Origin: an uncultured Syntrophobacterales bacterium
GTDB lineage: Bacteria > Desulfobacterota > Binatia > UBA9968 > JAJDTQ01
Length of the DNA: 64,000 nucleotides
Assembly (NCBI GenBank): GCA_964519455.1
Contig: CAZFIU010000022.1
Span: forward strand, 461-64,460
Reading direction: 5' to 3'
Of this stretch, positions 36,003 through 45,630 are shown piece after piece; position 1 is the first letter of the stretch, and each line of letters opens with the position of its first letter. The notes beneath the pieces are model-generated. The model ran no database searches. It was not told the origin of the DNA and was given only the letters and a program-made list of their open reading frames with translations. A program made the translations under genes and the position numbers.

Positions 36003-36184
36003 ATAGAATTCGGCGGCCGATGGACAGCCGGGGACCGGCGAAGCCGCGTTGTGGATTCAACACCGACGTGCTACGCGTTCATCGAAGGGCGGCATCCTCC
36101 CGGAGCCGTCACGGAGAACGCCGAGCCTCCAAGCGGGCCGCCGCATCCTTACCTTCACCACCCGCGCACCAGGCGCCGACGAAC

Positions 36185-37060
36185 ATGGCTTCAACCGAAT
36201 CGAGCAAAAAGAAGTGGCTCGCGTGGACCGCGATCGCGATGTTGCTGATCATGGCGGCGGTGGGTGCGTGGATATGGTCGTCCCTGGGCTACATCACCAC
36301 CGACGACGCTCGGGTCAAGGCCGACATCGTCACCATCAGCACCGAGGTGCCCGGCCGGATCGGCGTGCTGCGCAAGGACGAGGGCGACGCGGTCAGGCCC
36401 GGCGAGGTCATGGTGGAACTCGACACGCGCGGGATCCGCATCCGCATCGAGCGGCACAAGGCGGCGGTGGACTACGCCCGCAGCCAGTTGCCGCAGGCGG
36501 AGCGGGAGAGCAGCCACGCGGGCGACGCACAACAGCGTGACATCCGGGAAGCCGACATGCTCGCCGGCAAGGCGCGGGTGCGGGAGGCCGAGGCGGCCTT
36601 GCAGGAGTTGGAGTTCCGGCTGGGGCTGATGACATTGCGAAGTCCGGTGCAGGGCCTCGTGGTGAAGAAGAACGCCCACCGGGGGGAGTTCGTGAAGCCG
36701 GGCCAGCCCGTGTTCATGGTGGTGGACTCCAGCCGCTACTGGGTGGAAGCCAACGTGGACGAGACGCAGATCCGCTTCGTCAAGCCGGGCAGCAAGGCCA
36801 CCGTGCGGCTGGATTCTTATCCTGGCGTCCAGTTCGACGGCGAGGTCACGGACGTGGGCGGGGCCACCACCTCCGAGTTTTCGCTGTTCTCGCCGCAGAA
36901 GCTGACCGGGGTGTTCATCAAGTCCACCCAGAAGCTGCCCGTGAAGATCGCGGTGAAGGACACCGACGGCATCCTCCGCGTCGGCATGCTCGCGGTGGTG
37001 CGGATCGAGAAGCCAGAAGGCCGGCAAGATGGGCTGCACGCCGGTGGTGCAGGCCAATAA
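36185..37060 (+). CDS. HlyD/EmrA-family membrane fusion protein
   Basis: Internal start MASTESSKKKWLAWTAIAMLLIM (TM anchor), then coiled-coil and beta-barrel segments typical of EmrA. It sits immediately upstream of a DHA2 MFS gene. Confidence 0.8.
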   Translation: MASTESSKKKWLAWTAIAMLLIMAAVGAWIWSSLGYITTDDARVKADIVTISTEVPGRIGVLRKDEGDAVRPGEVMVELDTRGIRIRIERHKAAVDYARSQLPQAERESSHAGDAQQRDIREADMLAGKARVREAEAALQELEFRLGLMTLRSPVQGLVVKKNAHRGEFVKPGQPVFMVVDSSRYWVEANVDETQIRFVKPGSKATVRLDSYPGVQFDGEVTDVGGATTSEFSLFSPQKLTGVFIKSTQKLPVKIAVKDTDGILRVGMLAVVRIEKPEGRQDGLHAGGAGQ

Positions 37061-37078
37061 CGGCCGGCGCGCCATGCC

Positions 37079-38674
37079 ATGAGCTCCGCCACGCCGCCTG
37101 CCCAGGTCTACGACCCCGCCCGGAAGTGGCCCATCACCATCACCCTCTCCCTGGGGATGATCAGCGTCGGCTTGGGCATCACCGGCGTCGACACCGCCAT
37201 CCCGGCGATGATGTCGTCCCTGGGCACCTCGCTCCAGCGGATCCAGTGGGTGCTGATCGCGTTCATGATCACGCGCACCGTGCTGATCCCCTGCGTGGGC
37301 TGGCTGGGACAGCGCATCGGCGACCGCAACCTGTTCATCCTGAGCGCCGCCGTCTTCGGCGCCGGCTCGTTCCTGTGCTCCATCGCCTGGGACGTCAACT
37401 CGCTCATCTTCTTCCGCATCATCCAGGGCATGGGGGTGGGTCCGCTCATCGGCGTGTCCATGTCCATCATGTACGAAGCCTTCCCCCGGAACGAGCGCGG
37501 GCTGGCCATGGGCCTGTTCATGACCGGCTGGTCGCTGGGGCCGTTCTTCGGACCGCCGGCGGGCGGCTACCTGGCCCAGTACATCAGTTGGCGGACGATC
37601 TTCTATCTGCCCCTGCCGACCCTGATCCTGGCGGTGATGGCGGCCATCCTCATCCTTCCCCGGCGGTCCTCGTCCCACAAACCCTCCGCCTTCGACGTGC
37701 TGGGCTTTCTCACCCTCACCGGCGGGCTCGTGGCCATGCTCCTGGGCCTCACCCAGGGCCAGACGGAGGGCTGGACCAGCCCCCGGATCCTGTCGTTGTT
37801 CGGAACCGCCGCCCTGCTCATCGCGGCCTTCATCATCGCGGAGCTCAGGGCCGAACACCCTTACGTCCAGATCCGCTACTTCAAGGACCTCAACTTCAGC
37901 ATCTCCAGCACGATCGTGCTGGTACGGGTCATGGGCTTCCGCGGCACCAGCTTCATCCTGAACCTGTTCCTGCAGAAGGCGCTCTTCTACCCGCCCCTGC
38001 AGGCCGGCATCTTCATGCTCCCCGCCGCCGTTGCCGTGGGTATCGTGTCGCCCTTCGCCGGCATGCTGTCGGACCGGTTCGGGCCGAAGATCCTGCTGGT
38101 GGCGGGCCTCGCGCTTCTCACGGTCACCCTGTTCAGCCTCGCCAACATCACCATCTGGACCGGCGCGGGCGTGATCTACTTCCTGGTGATCCTCAAGAGC
38201 ATCGGCCAGTCCACCATCAACGCGCCGCTCAACTCCATCGCCCTGGGCGCCCTCCCCGAAGGCGAGTCGCGCATGGGTAGCGGCATCCTGGGCCTCGCCC
38301 GCGGCCTCGGCGAAGCCTTCGGCATCGCCACCCTGAGCTTCCTCCTGGAACGCCACATCTTCTACAAGGTCGAAGCCATGACCCCGGCCCTGGGCGCCCG
38401 CCTCGGCGAGAGCCTGCACGCCGACGTCATGCTCCAGATCCGCGCCCTGCTCCAGCACGCCGGCCAGTTCGGCATCGGCCTGGACCAACGCGCCGAGTCC
38501 CTGCTGGGGTTCAGCCTGCTGACCGAGGGCGTGACCCTGGCCTACCACCAGCTCTTCATCATGATCGGAGTCATGTACCTGGGGTTGGTGGCGATGGTTT
38601 GGCTTCTGAAGACGCGGAGGGAGCAGGAGAAGCCGGCGATGATACCCGGGACGACAGAGGTGAAGACGCCATGA
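37079..38674 (+). CDS. MFS transporter, DHA2 (EmrB/QacA) family, 14 TMS
   Basis: 531 aa with MFS signature regions (GWLGQRIGDRN, FFRIIQGMGVGPLIG). Confidence 0.9.
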   Translation: MSSATPPAQVYDPARKWPITITLSLGMISVGLGITGVDTAIPAMMSSLGTSLQRIQWVLIAFMITRTVLIPCVGWLGQRIGDRNLFILSAAVFGAGSFLCSIAWDVNSLIFFRIIQGMGVGPLIGVSMSIMYEAFPRNERGLAMGLFMTGWSLGPFFGPPAGGYLAQYISWRTIFYLPLPTLILAVMAAILILPRRSSSHKPSAFDVLGFLTLTGGLVAMLLGLTQGQTEGWTSPRILSLFGTAALLIAAFIIAELRAEHPYVQIRYFKDLNFSISSTIVLVRVMGFRGTSFILNLFLQKALFYPPLQAGIFMLPAAVAVGIVSPFAGMLSDRFGPKILLVAGLALLTVTLFSLANITIWTGAGVIYFLVILKSIGQSTINAPLNSIALGALPEGESRMGSGILGLARGLGEAFGIATLSFLLERHIFYKVEAMTPALGARLGESLHADVMLQIRALLQHAGQFGIGLDQRAESLLGFSLLTEGVTLAYHQLFIMIGVMYLGLVAMVWLLKTRREQEKPAMIPGTTEVKTP

Positions 38675-38869
38675 ACTACAAGCACTCTCATCGGCCTCGA
38701 AGCTATCGAGCGGGGCCTCGACAATATCCTCTCCCACCCCCCTGCGGTCGAGATGGGTGCAGACCTCTCTCGGCAGCGGAGAGTGCGATAATCAAACTGT
38801 CAGGACGATGTGGCGGTTCGAGAAGCTGGCCGATGTGTGCGAGGAAACCCATTTCATCGTCGCCGCCTC

Positions 38870-39202
38870 CTATCCGAAGATCGTAGCGAGCCGGGCCACC
38901 ACGTCGTCGATGATGTGTTCGGGGGCAGCTTCAAGGCGTCTCCCCTTCCGCGCGAACAGATCGAGCGTGCGGGGCTGGTCGCAACGGATCACGCCGACGG
39001 TTCGGGTGCCTGCGCCATCGAGCGAAACGGCAAACCCGCGCTGGCGGGCGAAGCCCCCGCCCGTGGTGATGGGCAACACGACTGGCGCCCGGGTCAGTTC
39101 GTTGAAGGAAGCGGGCGAAACGATAAGTACCGGACGGGTCCCCTGCTGTTCATGGCCGGCTACGGGATCAAGGCTGACCAGCCAGATTTCCCCCCGTTTC
39201 AC
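38870..39202 (-). CDS. mazF: MazF/PemK-family endoribonuclease toxin
   Basis: MKRGEIWLVSLDPVAGHEQQGTRPVLIVS... is the canonical MazF/PemK N-terminus. Confidence 0.8.
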   Translation of the reverse strand: MKRGEIWLVSLDPVAGHEQQGTRPVLIVSPASFNELTRAPVVLPITTGGGFARQRGFAVSLDGAGTRTVGVIRCDQPRTLDLFARKGRRLEAAPEHIIDDVVARLATIFG

Positions 39203-39456
39203 TAAAGTAGCTCTTTGCCGACCGGCTTGGCATCGAGCCAGACGCGATCCTCCGAGGAAGGGGGCTCGTCTCGGTCACACTGCGCAAGGAGCTCATCAAG
39301 GGTGTAGCGCGGTCGCGCCTTGGGCTCGATGACGAGCCGACCGTTCTCCACGCCGATGCCCACCGGAGCCCCGACACCGAGGTTCAGGAGGTCGAGGAGG
39401 GCCGGGGGTACTGCAAGCATGATGGAACCGCCAACCTTGCGCAGATTCGTCGTGTG
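39202..39456 (-). CDS. mazE: MazE/PemI/ChpS-like antitoxin (SpoVT/AbrB fold)
   Basis: MHTTNLRKVGGSIMLAVPPALLDLLNL is the ChpS/PemI signature. It overlaps the toxin start by 1 nt. Confidence 0.7.
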   Translation of the reverse strand, partial: HTTNLRKVGGSIMLAVPPALLDLLNLGVGAPVGIGVENGRLVIEPKARPRYTLDELLAQCDRDEPPSSEDRVWLDAKPVGKELL

Positions 39457-39546
39457 CATAAGCACCTCCATATTATACGCAAATATAACCACAGCCGCTT
39501 GGTAATTCAAGCTCCGCGAAGCCGGTTATGTGTCGATGCGCCGCAT

Positions 39547-41856
39547 TCAGCGTTCCTCTCTCACTCCACGTTCCTCCTGGACCGTAGTCGTATAACGCAC
39601 CCCCCTCGGCACCGGCACCGCCTGATGCACGGTGGTGCCGTGCTTGCCCTCGGTGCGCTGGCTCGCGTCGACGGCGACGAAGGCCGTGTAGTCGCTCATC
39701 AGGCCATATTCCAACGCCGTCTTCTTGATGGCGCCGGCCAACTCGTCGTGGGTGTCGTGGGTCCAGGCCTGGCGGTCGGCGAGGTCGGCGATGCGGAGGC
39801 GCGCCCAGATGCTCGGGATGAAGGCGTGGGCCGCTTCATTGCCGGACCGGGGCACGGCGTATTCCACGCGCTGTCCGCCGGCGCGGCCGCGCACCACGGG
39901 CTTGCCCGGTTCACCCATGAACTTGCCGGTGACCACCACGGCGCGGCCGACGAAGAGGTCCGGCAGCCGTTTGGGGTAGGTGTCGGTCACCTGCATCGTT
40001 CCCCAGTCGATCTCGACGTGCGACAGGACCGGCCGGCTGATGCGGTTGAAGAAGTAGCGCATGACTTCCACGCCGGAATCGTCCAGTGCCAGATAGGCGG
40101 CGGCACCGCGGCCCACCTTGGCCATGCGGTTCAGGAGATAGCGGTTGACCGAGTCGCCGACGCCGAAGCTGAAGATTCTCGACTCCCCGATGGACTTGTG
40201 GATGGCGTCCAGTATCTCGACCTCGTTGCCGATGTAGCCGTCGGTCAGGAAGGTCACGAAGCGCAGGCGCCGGGGGTCGTGGGGAAAGTTCAGGGCGGCG
40301 CGGATGCCTTCGATCATTTCCGTGCCGCCGCTGCCCTCGAGTTGCCGGACGTACCGTTTCGCCCGGGCGACGTTCTCCGGCGTGGCGGGAACGGGGTCCG
40401 GCCCGAACCGGCTGGCATTGTTGGAGAAACGGATGACCTGAAAGGTGTCTCCGGGCTCGAGCAGGTCGAGGGCCGCGAGAATGGCCGCCTTGGCCTGCGC
40501 GATGGGCTCGCCATGCATGGAGCCGGAGGAGTCCAGCACGAACACCATTTCCATGGGATGCCGCGGCGCGGCGTCCAGGTGTTCGGGTGGATACAGCACC
40601 ATCGTGAAGTAACCCTGCCCCTTCTTGCGGTCCACGTGGGTCAGGAGGTTTGTCTTGACGCGCCCGCCCGCCACCTTGAACTTGAGGACGAAGTCCCGGT
40701 TGGGGATCGTCTCCTGGTCCGCGAGCCTGATGGTGGCGGCGGCGGGACCCGTGCGTGTCCGGTCGATGCGGTGACTCGACTCGATGGCCTCGATGGCGAC
40801 GCCGGCGTCGAGCTTCACCGTGATGCCGATATCGTGTCCGGATCGTTCCTCGGGCCGCAGATACCGTACCGCGGTTCCGGTCGATACCGGTTGAACGTGC
40901 GAGCGCGGCAGCGCGTGCACGGGGTCCTTGGAGCCGGGCGGGTTGTAGCGCGGACCCACCACGGTGGGCAGCACGAACGTGTACCAGCCGTCGCGGTAGG
41001 CCAGCGAGTGGAAGTAGCGGATGTTCACGTCGATGCGCTTGCCGGGCTCGATGTTGGCCACCTTCTGCTCGAAGATGTTGGGGCGGTGCTGGGTCAGCAG
41101 GCTGGCCTGGTAGCCCTGCGCGCGCGCCTCCCGGTAGATGGCCTCGGCCTCCTCCTTCTCCCTCAGGATGCCGCGGATGCGGCGTTCGCCGATGGTCATG
41201 ACGAACTCGCTTACGGCCGCCTTCTCGGGCAGCGGGAACATGTAGACGGCCTCGATCTTCTCGTCGAAAGGGTTCGCAAACTGTTGGGTGACATCCACCG
41301 TGCCGACGTACCCGGTGACCGCCGCGTGGACCTCGGTGTGCTCGAGAGGAAGCGGGATCTTCTTCTTGTCCTCCCCGGCGGAGGGGCGGGTGGCCACCAG
41401 CGCCCCCGAGCCCGGCTGTTCCGGCTCCGCGGGGGTTTGCGCCGCATCGACCGGCCGGTGCGGCACGATGATCCAAAGCTCTTCATCCGGGTCCGGAGAC
41501 CGCGCCGGCCCGGTGGCGAGGTCGGCGGTTACCGATTGGGCCATCAGCGGCAGCAGCCCCCTTCCACCGCGCCCTCCCATCTTCTCGAAGGCCCGGCGCC
41601 GCCTCAAGGACCGCGGCATGGGCGACGCGGCGGGGCTGCCGGTTCCGCGTTCGAGAGCGGCCCCGGCGGCCGGCGGAGACGGGACACCGGAGACCTGTCC
41701 GGCGGCGCCCTCGGGCGAGGCCGGTCCCGCGGGGGTGCTACCCGGCCCGGAGTGCGGCGCCTCGGGCGCGCATGCCCCCGCCGTCAGGAGCATGCACAGC
41801 GCGGCCACGGCCGTCCATGGGTTGGCAACTCCCTGCTGGATTGCTTGCTGTTTCAT
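39547..41856 (-). CDS. VIT-domain plus von Willebrand factor type A domain lipoprotein
   Basis: Lipoprotein-like signal (LLTAGAC), a VIT-like region (VTGYVGTVDVTQQFANPFDEKIEAVYMFPLPEKAAVSEFVM) and a VWA domain with MIDAS motif (VFVLDSSGSMHGE). Confidence 0.85.
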   Translation of the reverse strand: MKQQAIQQGVANPWTAVAALCMLLTAGACAPEAPHSGPGSTPAGPASPEGAAGQVSGVPSPPAAGAALERGTGSPAASPMPRSLRRRRAFEKMGGRGGRGLLPLMAQSVTADLATGPARSPDPDEELWIIVPHRPVDAAQTPAEPEQPGSGALVATRPSAGEDKKKIPLPLEHTEVHAAVTGYVGTVDVTQQFANPFDEKIEAVYMFPLPEKAAVSEFVMTIGERRIRGILREKEEAEAIYREARAQGYQASLLTQHRPNIFEQKVANIEPGKRIDVNIRYFHSLAYRDGWYTFVLPTVVGPRYNPPGSKDPVHALPRSHVQPVSTGTAVRYLRPEERSGHDIGITVKLDAGVAIEAIESSHRIDRTRTGPAAATIRLADQETIPNRDFVLKFKVAGGRVKTNLLTHVDRKKGQGYFTMVLYPPEHLDAAPRHPMEMVFVLDSSGSMHGEPIAQAKAAILAALDLLEPGDTFQVIRFSNNASRFGPDPVPATPENVARAKRYVRQLEGSGGTEMIEGIRAALNFPHDPRRLRFVTFLTDGYIGNEVEILDAIHKSIGESRIFSFGVGDSVNRYLLNRMAKVGRGAAAYLALDDSGVEVMRYFFNRISRPVLSHVEIDWGTMQVTDTYPKRLPDLFVGRAVVVTGKFMGEPGKPVVRGRAGGQRVEYAVPRSGNEAAHAFIPSIWARLRIADLADRQAWTHDTHDELAGAIKKTALEYGLMSDYTAFVAVDASQRTEGKHGTTVHQAVPVPRGVRYTTTVQEERGVREER

Positions 41857-42323
41857 TTACGCGATCTCCCTGGCTGGATGTCGAGATGTATGGCGGCGGA
41901 CACGGGTTCGCCCTCGGCGTTGCCTGCCGTGACCAGTCTCAGAACGTAATCGGGTTCGCCGGCACCCGTGAGCCGAACGTGAACGGTCGCGATGCGGACC
42001 CGGCCCATCGGGAGTTCGCTACCGGGCCGCAACGTGAAATCGGCGACGATGATGCGGTCGGCGCGGCCGTCGCTGACAGCCTCGCGGTCATAGTAGGGCG
42101 CCCTGGCGAACGCCGGACTGTCCCCGTTCTCGACCCCCACCACTCGCATCCGGCCGCCGGCTTCGGACAACTCGAACTGCCACGCCGCCACGGGCTCGGC
42201 AGATTCCAGGTGGACGTCCAGCGCCGCGAAACGGACCTTCGTCTCTTCCGCGGACGACCAGGCCGGCGCGGCCGTGCTCCACAGGACGGAGCAAAACAGG
42301 AGCGTCCGGCGCCAGGCGTTCAC
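41853..42323 (-). CDS. Secreted hypothetical protein (GTG start overlapping the anti-sigma stop)
   Basis: GTG at 42321-42323 overlaps the TGA of the upstream gene (GTGA). It is followed by a signal peptide (RRTLLFCSVLWSTAAPAWS | SAEE). The ORF-track N-terminal extension is low complexity. Confidence 0.5.
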   Translation of the reverse strand: MNAWRRTLLFCSVLWSTAAPAWSSAEETKVRFAALDVHLESAEPVAAWQFELSEAGGRMRVVGVENGDSPAFARAPYYDREAVSDGRADRIIVADFTLRPGSELPMGRVRIATVHVRLTGAGEPDYVLRLVTAGNAEGEPVSAAIHLDIQPGRSRK

Positions 42324-42808
42324 AGCTTCTCCTCGGGCCGGTCCAACGCCACGACGCTCATGGCCAGGGCGTCGATCCGCGTCCGAGCGGCCGGCGCCTC
42401 TTCCCCGCGAGCCGTCCGGGCCAGGGCGAACGCGTCGAGAATATCCACGGTGCCAGAGCCGTCGACGTCGTCCGGCATGCCGGCAACCGTCGCGACCCGG
42501 AAGTCGGCGGGTCCCATCGGGGCCTGCGTTCGCCAGAGAAGGACACCCACCAGGAGACTCGCGGCCAGGCTGCCGGCCATGGCCCACCGCGGTCCGGCCC
42601 GACGCCTGCGCCGCGGCCGGTCCCTGAAGTGCTCCCTCGCCGCCTCGACGATGCGCCGGTCCGCCTCCGGAGACATGACCGCCACGGTCTTGTCGAGGCG
42701 AGACAGTCCCTGGATCAACTCCTCGGGCAGGTCGACCTCTTCTTCGGCGTGCGGCACGCCGTGCGGCGGCCCTACGGGCCGGATCGTTCTGTGGTCATCG
42801 CGTTCCAT
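42320..42808 (-). CDS. Putative anti-sigma factor (membrane-anchored, C-terminal dockerin-like DVDGSGTVDILD motif)
   Basis: Lies immediately downstream of the ECF sigma gene. It has one TM segment (MAGSLAASLLVGVLLW) and a Ca-binding-like repeat at the C-terminus. Confidence 0.6.
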   Translation of the reverse strand: MERDDHRTIRPVGPPHGVPHAEEEVDLPEELIQGLSRLDKTVAVMSPEADRRIVEAAREHFRDRPRRRRRAGPRWAMAGSLAASLLVGVLLWRTQAPMGPADFRVATVAGMPDDVDGSGTVDILDAFALARTARGEEAPAARTRIDALAMSVVALDRPEEKL

Positions 42809-42846
42809 CGTTCCACCCCGTTAAGCGCGCGAGACCGGCAAAAGGT

Positions 42847-43428
42847 TCACGGCTCGCCGAAATCCTTGATCTCGGGACTGTCCCGCAACTCCCTGACGGC
42901 GAGATGAAGCCGGGACTTGACCGTGCCCAGGGGTATGGAGAGGGTGTCGGCGATGTCTTGCAGGGACATGTCGTCGACGAAGCGCAGCAGCAGCACCTCG
43001 CGGCGCTCGGCGGGCAGGCGGCCCATGGCCGCGGACAAACGCGCCCGATCACGCTCCGCCGGATCAGCGCCGCTCGGCGCCGGCAGCCGGTCCGGGTCGA
43101 ACTCCTCGGAGTCGTCCAGGCGCGCGCGTTGGCGCAGGGATGAAAGGGTCAGGTTCTTGGCAACCGGATAGAGCAACGACCGGAGCTGCGCCGTCAGCAC
43201 CAGTCCTTCGCCGGTGGGGGGGAACTTCTTCAGCAGGTAGAGAAACGTCTCCTGCAACACGTCGACGGCCGCGTCCCGGTCGGCGCCGAACCGCAGCGCC
43301 ACCCGCGTGACGTAGTCGCGGTGCCGCCGGTACAGCGTTTCGAAGGCCTGGACCGCCTCATCGCGGTCGCCGCGGTTGCATAGCTCCACCAGCTCCCTGT
43401 CGCTGCGTCGGTCCAACGCATGTGCCAT
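42847..43428 (-). CDS. ECF-subfamily RNA polymerase sigma-70 factor
   Basis: Sigma region 2 (VQAFETLYRRHRDYVTRVALRF) and region 4 (REVLLLRFVDDMSLQDIADTLSIPLGTVKSRLHLAVRELR). Confidence 0.85.
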   Translation of the reverse strand: MAHALDRRSDRELVELCNRGDRDEAVQAFETLYRRHRDYVTRVALRFGADRDAAVDVLQETFLYLLKKFPPTGEGLVLTAQLRSLLYPVAKNLTLSSLRQRARLDDSEEFDPDRLPAPSGADPAERDRARLSAAMGRLPAERREVLLLRFVDDMSLQDIADTLSIPLGTVKSRLHLAVRELRDSPEIKDFGEP

Positions 43429-43479
43429 GGAGCGTCCAGTATAGGGGTTCCCTGGCGGCGGGGAAATTCCGTCTCGCCG

Positions 43480-43902
43480 TCACTTATGGAAACCGGACTT
43501 GCCGGCCATCCACAGACCCACCTGGCGCAGCCGCCGGAACCACGGGTAGAAAAAACGCGCCCGTCCGGAACTGGACCCCACCCATCGCGTCAGCATGTTG
43601 ACCCAACCGGATTCGGCGGCCATGGTGCCCAGCACCTCCATGGCCTCGGCTCCCTGATAACGCCGGCCATGCAACACGAGGATCATGCCGTCCTCGAGGT
43701 CGCAGCCATTCCGCCGCAGCTCATCCACCAGGTCGGGGGCGTTCCTGCCGTCGATGAACCGCAGCCGCCTCCCATCCGGGGTCCGGAAGCGGGACCTCCG
43801 CGCATACGTCCGGCAGTAGACGCATTCGCCGTCGTAGAGCAGGAAGTCGTTCTGTGAGAATTTTACGACAGGCTCTTCACCCACGGAGTTTGACGCAGTC
43901 AC
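43480..43902 (-). CDS. DCC1-like thiol-disulfide oxidoreductase family protein (DUF393)
   Basis: YDGECVYC matches the family's F/YDGxCxxC motif; 140 aa. Confidence 0.65.
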   Translation of the reverse strand: MTASNSVGEEPVVKFSQNDFLLYDGECVYCRTYARRSRFRTPDGRRLRFIDGRNAPDLVDELRRNGCDLEDGMILVLHGRRYQGAEAMEVLGTMAAESGWVNMLTRWVGSSSGRARFFYPWFRRLRQVGLWMAGKSGFHK

Positions 43903-43977
43903 TCATTCTCCTTACAGCCCCACCTCCCACCGCAATATCGAGACCATGTTGGCACCACGAACTCTGTTTGAATTTGC

Positions 43978-44406
43978 TCATTTCGACAACGCCCGCAGAA
44001 TTTGACGGTCCTCGTGCATAATCTCATCGGCCAATGCGACCTGGCGGCCCGTTTCTGGCTCATCGAGCGCAACGCTGACCCTGCCGGCCCGCTTGCGAGT
44101 TGTCCGGCGAATGAAGATCTCCACATCACGCCACAGGGCCGTCAACAAACGAAGAAGGCGCTCAATGGAATACTCTCGAAAATCTCCTCGCAGAAGCCGT
44201 GAAACATCGGGTTGGGCCAAACCCATCAATCTCGCCGCCTCGACCTGTTTAAGTCCACGTCGGCGAATAATCTCTTCGATGCGACTGACGAGTTCCGCCT
44301 TCAAGAAATGCGCGTCCGCCTCGGGGTGCCCGAGGTCACTGAACACGTTGCCGCCACTCCGTTCAATCCTGGTCTCTTTCCTATCCATTGCTCTATCCTT
44401 CGCCAT
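43978..44406 (-). CDS. XRE-family HTH protein (antitoxin-like, orphan)
   Basis: HTH LKQVEAARLMGLAQPDVSRLLRGDF preceded by RIERSGGNVFSDLG, typical of RelE/HigB2-partner antitoxins. No toxin gene is adjacent. Confidence 0.65.
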   Translation of the reverse strand: MAKDRAMDRKETRIERSGGNVFSDLGHPEADAHFLKAELVSRIEEIIRRRGLKQVEAARLMGLAQPDVSRLLRGDFREYSIERLLRLLTALWRDVEIFIRRTTRKRAGRVSVALDEPETGRQVALADEIMHEDRQILRALSK

Positions 44407-44528
44407 CGTAGGTCTGGCTATAGTGTTGTTCCGCCGCCTTCAACCTGCGTTTGATCAAATCGATTTCCGGTTTGAAGGCCCAGTGGTCGCGGGTTGACCG
44501 CCGTTCCGGGTCAGCCTATGATTTTTGC

Positions 44529-45164
44529 ATGTGGAAGCGTAAGTACTCCCGCCGCGGCGCCTTGATCGCCGCGGCAGCCGCGGGTGTCACGGGCCTGTCG
44601 TGGCTGGCCCGTTCGCGGGCGACGCTCCTGGACTATCCGTTTCCCGGCCCCGCGGCCGACCGCTCGCTTGGACTGGCGCCGCCGCTTGCCTGCACGCGTG
44701 CCATACCCGAGCTGACCGAGGGACCGTTCTACTCCCCTGGGACGCCGCTTCGGACGAACCTGCGTGAACCGGACACGAGCGGGCGACCGCTTGTAGTGCA
44801 GGGCCTGGTGCTTGCGCCGGACTGCCGTCCCATCGGCGGCGCCGTGGTGGACATCTGGCATGCCGACGAGCACGGCCGCTACGACAATTCCGGTTTCCGG
44901 TACCGCGGCCATCAGTACACCGACGCCGCCGGGGCGTTTCGCTTCGAGACCATCCGGCCGGTACGCTATACGGGCCGCACGCCGCACATTCACGTCAAGG
45001 TTCAAGGCCCGTCCACGCCTCTGCTCACCACCCAGCTCTACTTCCCCGACATGGCCGGCGAGAACGCCCGTGACCGGATCTATCACGACGACCTCCTGAT
45101 GGAGCTGAGCCGCGCCCCGCAAGGCTGGCTCGGGCGCTTCGACTTCGTGCTCGCGCCGGCCTGA
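44529..45164 (+). CDS. Intradiol ring-cleavage dioxygenase family protein with twin-arginine signal
   Basis: Tat motif SRRGALIAAAAAG. Intradiol motifs TEGPFY and VDIWHADEHGRYDN. Confidence 0.75.
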   Translation: MWKRKYSRRGALIAAAAAGVTGLSWLARSRATLLDYPFPGPAADRSLGLAPPLACTRAIPELTEGPFYSPGTPLRTNLREPDTSGRPLVVQGLVLAPDCRPIGGAVVDIWHADEHGRYDNSGFRYRGHQYTDAAGAFRFETIRPVRYTGRTPHIHVKVQGPSTPLLTTQLYFPDMAGENARDRIYHDDLLMELSRAPQGWLGRFDFVLAPA

Positions 45165-45233
45165 TCCAACCGCCGGCTCAACGATTTGACCGCGCAGCGC
45201 CCACACATGCGTCCCGGGGCACGGCGGTCCCGT

Positions 45234-45572
45234 TCACACCCTCCGCACGTAGCGAAACTCCAGCGTGGTGCAGCCCTCCTCGGTGCGGTAAGGACCATGC
45301 TTCATCCCCGGGGGACGGCAGGCATACATCCCCTTCTTGAGCAGCCGGTCCCCATCCCACTGGCTTCCCTCCACGATGTACACCTCCTCCCAGAAGTCGT
45401 GGACGAAGGTCTCCGTGCTCGCGCCACCAGGGTCCACCTTGAGTAGCCGGGTAACGAACCCGATCTCCGGGTCCTCGGTCAGGATCTTCTGGTAGTGACC
45501 CGGGGGCGCACCCTCCACCGCCACCCAGGGCAGGTCGTCCACCGGGAAGAACTCGAGCTCTGGCTTGGGCAT
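45234..45572 (-). CDS. Cupin-domain protein (paralogue of 28246..28599)
   Basis: 112 aa sharing HDFWEEVYIVEGS...KGMYACRPPGMKHGPY with the other cupin. Confidence 0.75.
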   Translation of the reverse strand: MPKPELEFFPVDDLPWVAVEGAPPGHYQKILTEDPEIGFVTRLLKVDPGGASTETFVHDFWEEVYIVEGSQWDGDRLLKKGMYACRPPGMKHGPYRTEEGCTTLEFRYVRRV

Positions 45573-45630
45573 GGCGATCCTCCTTGGTTCGTTGTTCCTA
45601 TGTACCGGCGGCTATCCTATCATACGAAGC

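Noticed and set aside
36191-41949. 848-aa minus ORF over the HlyD and MFS genes, and 831-aa plus ORF over the VIT/VWA gene
   Set aside because: Both are antisense low-complexity ORFs. The opposite strands encode proteins with clear TM topology and VWA motifs.
43431-43480. ECF-type promoter (GGAAC...CGCT) immediately upstream of the ECF sigma gene
   Set aside because: The GGAAC match ends only about 20 nt before the start codon, leaving no room for a -10 region and a 5' UTR. The real promoter probably lies further upstream, within or before the DCC-family gene.
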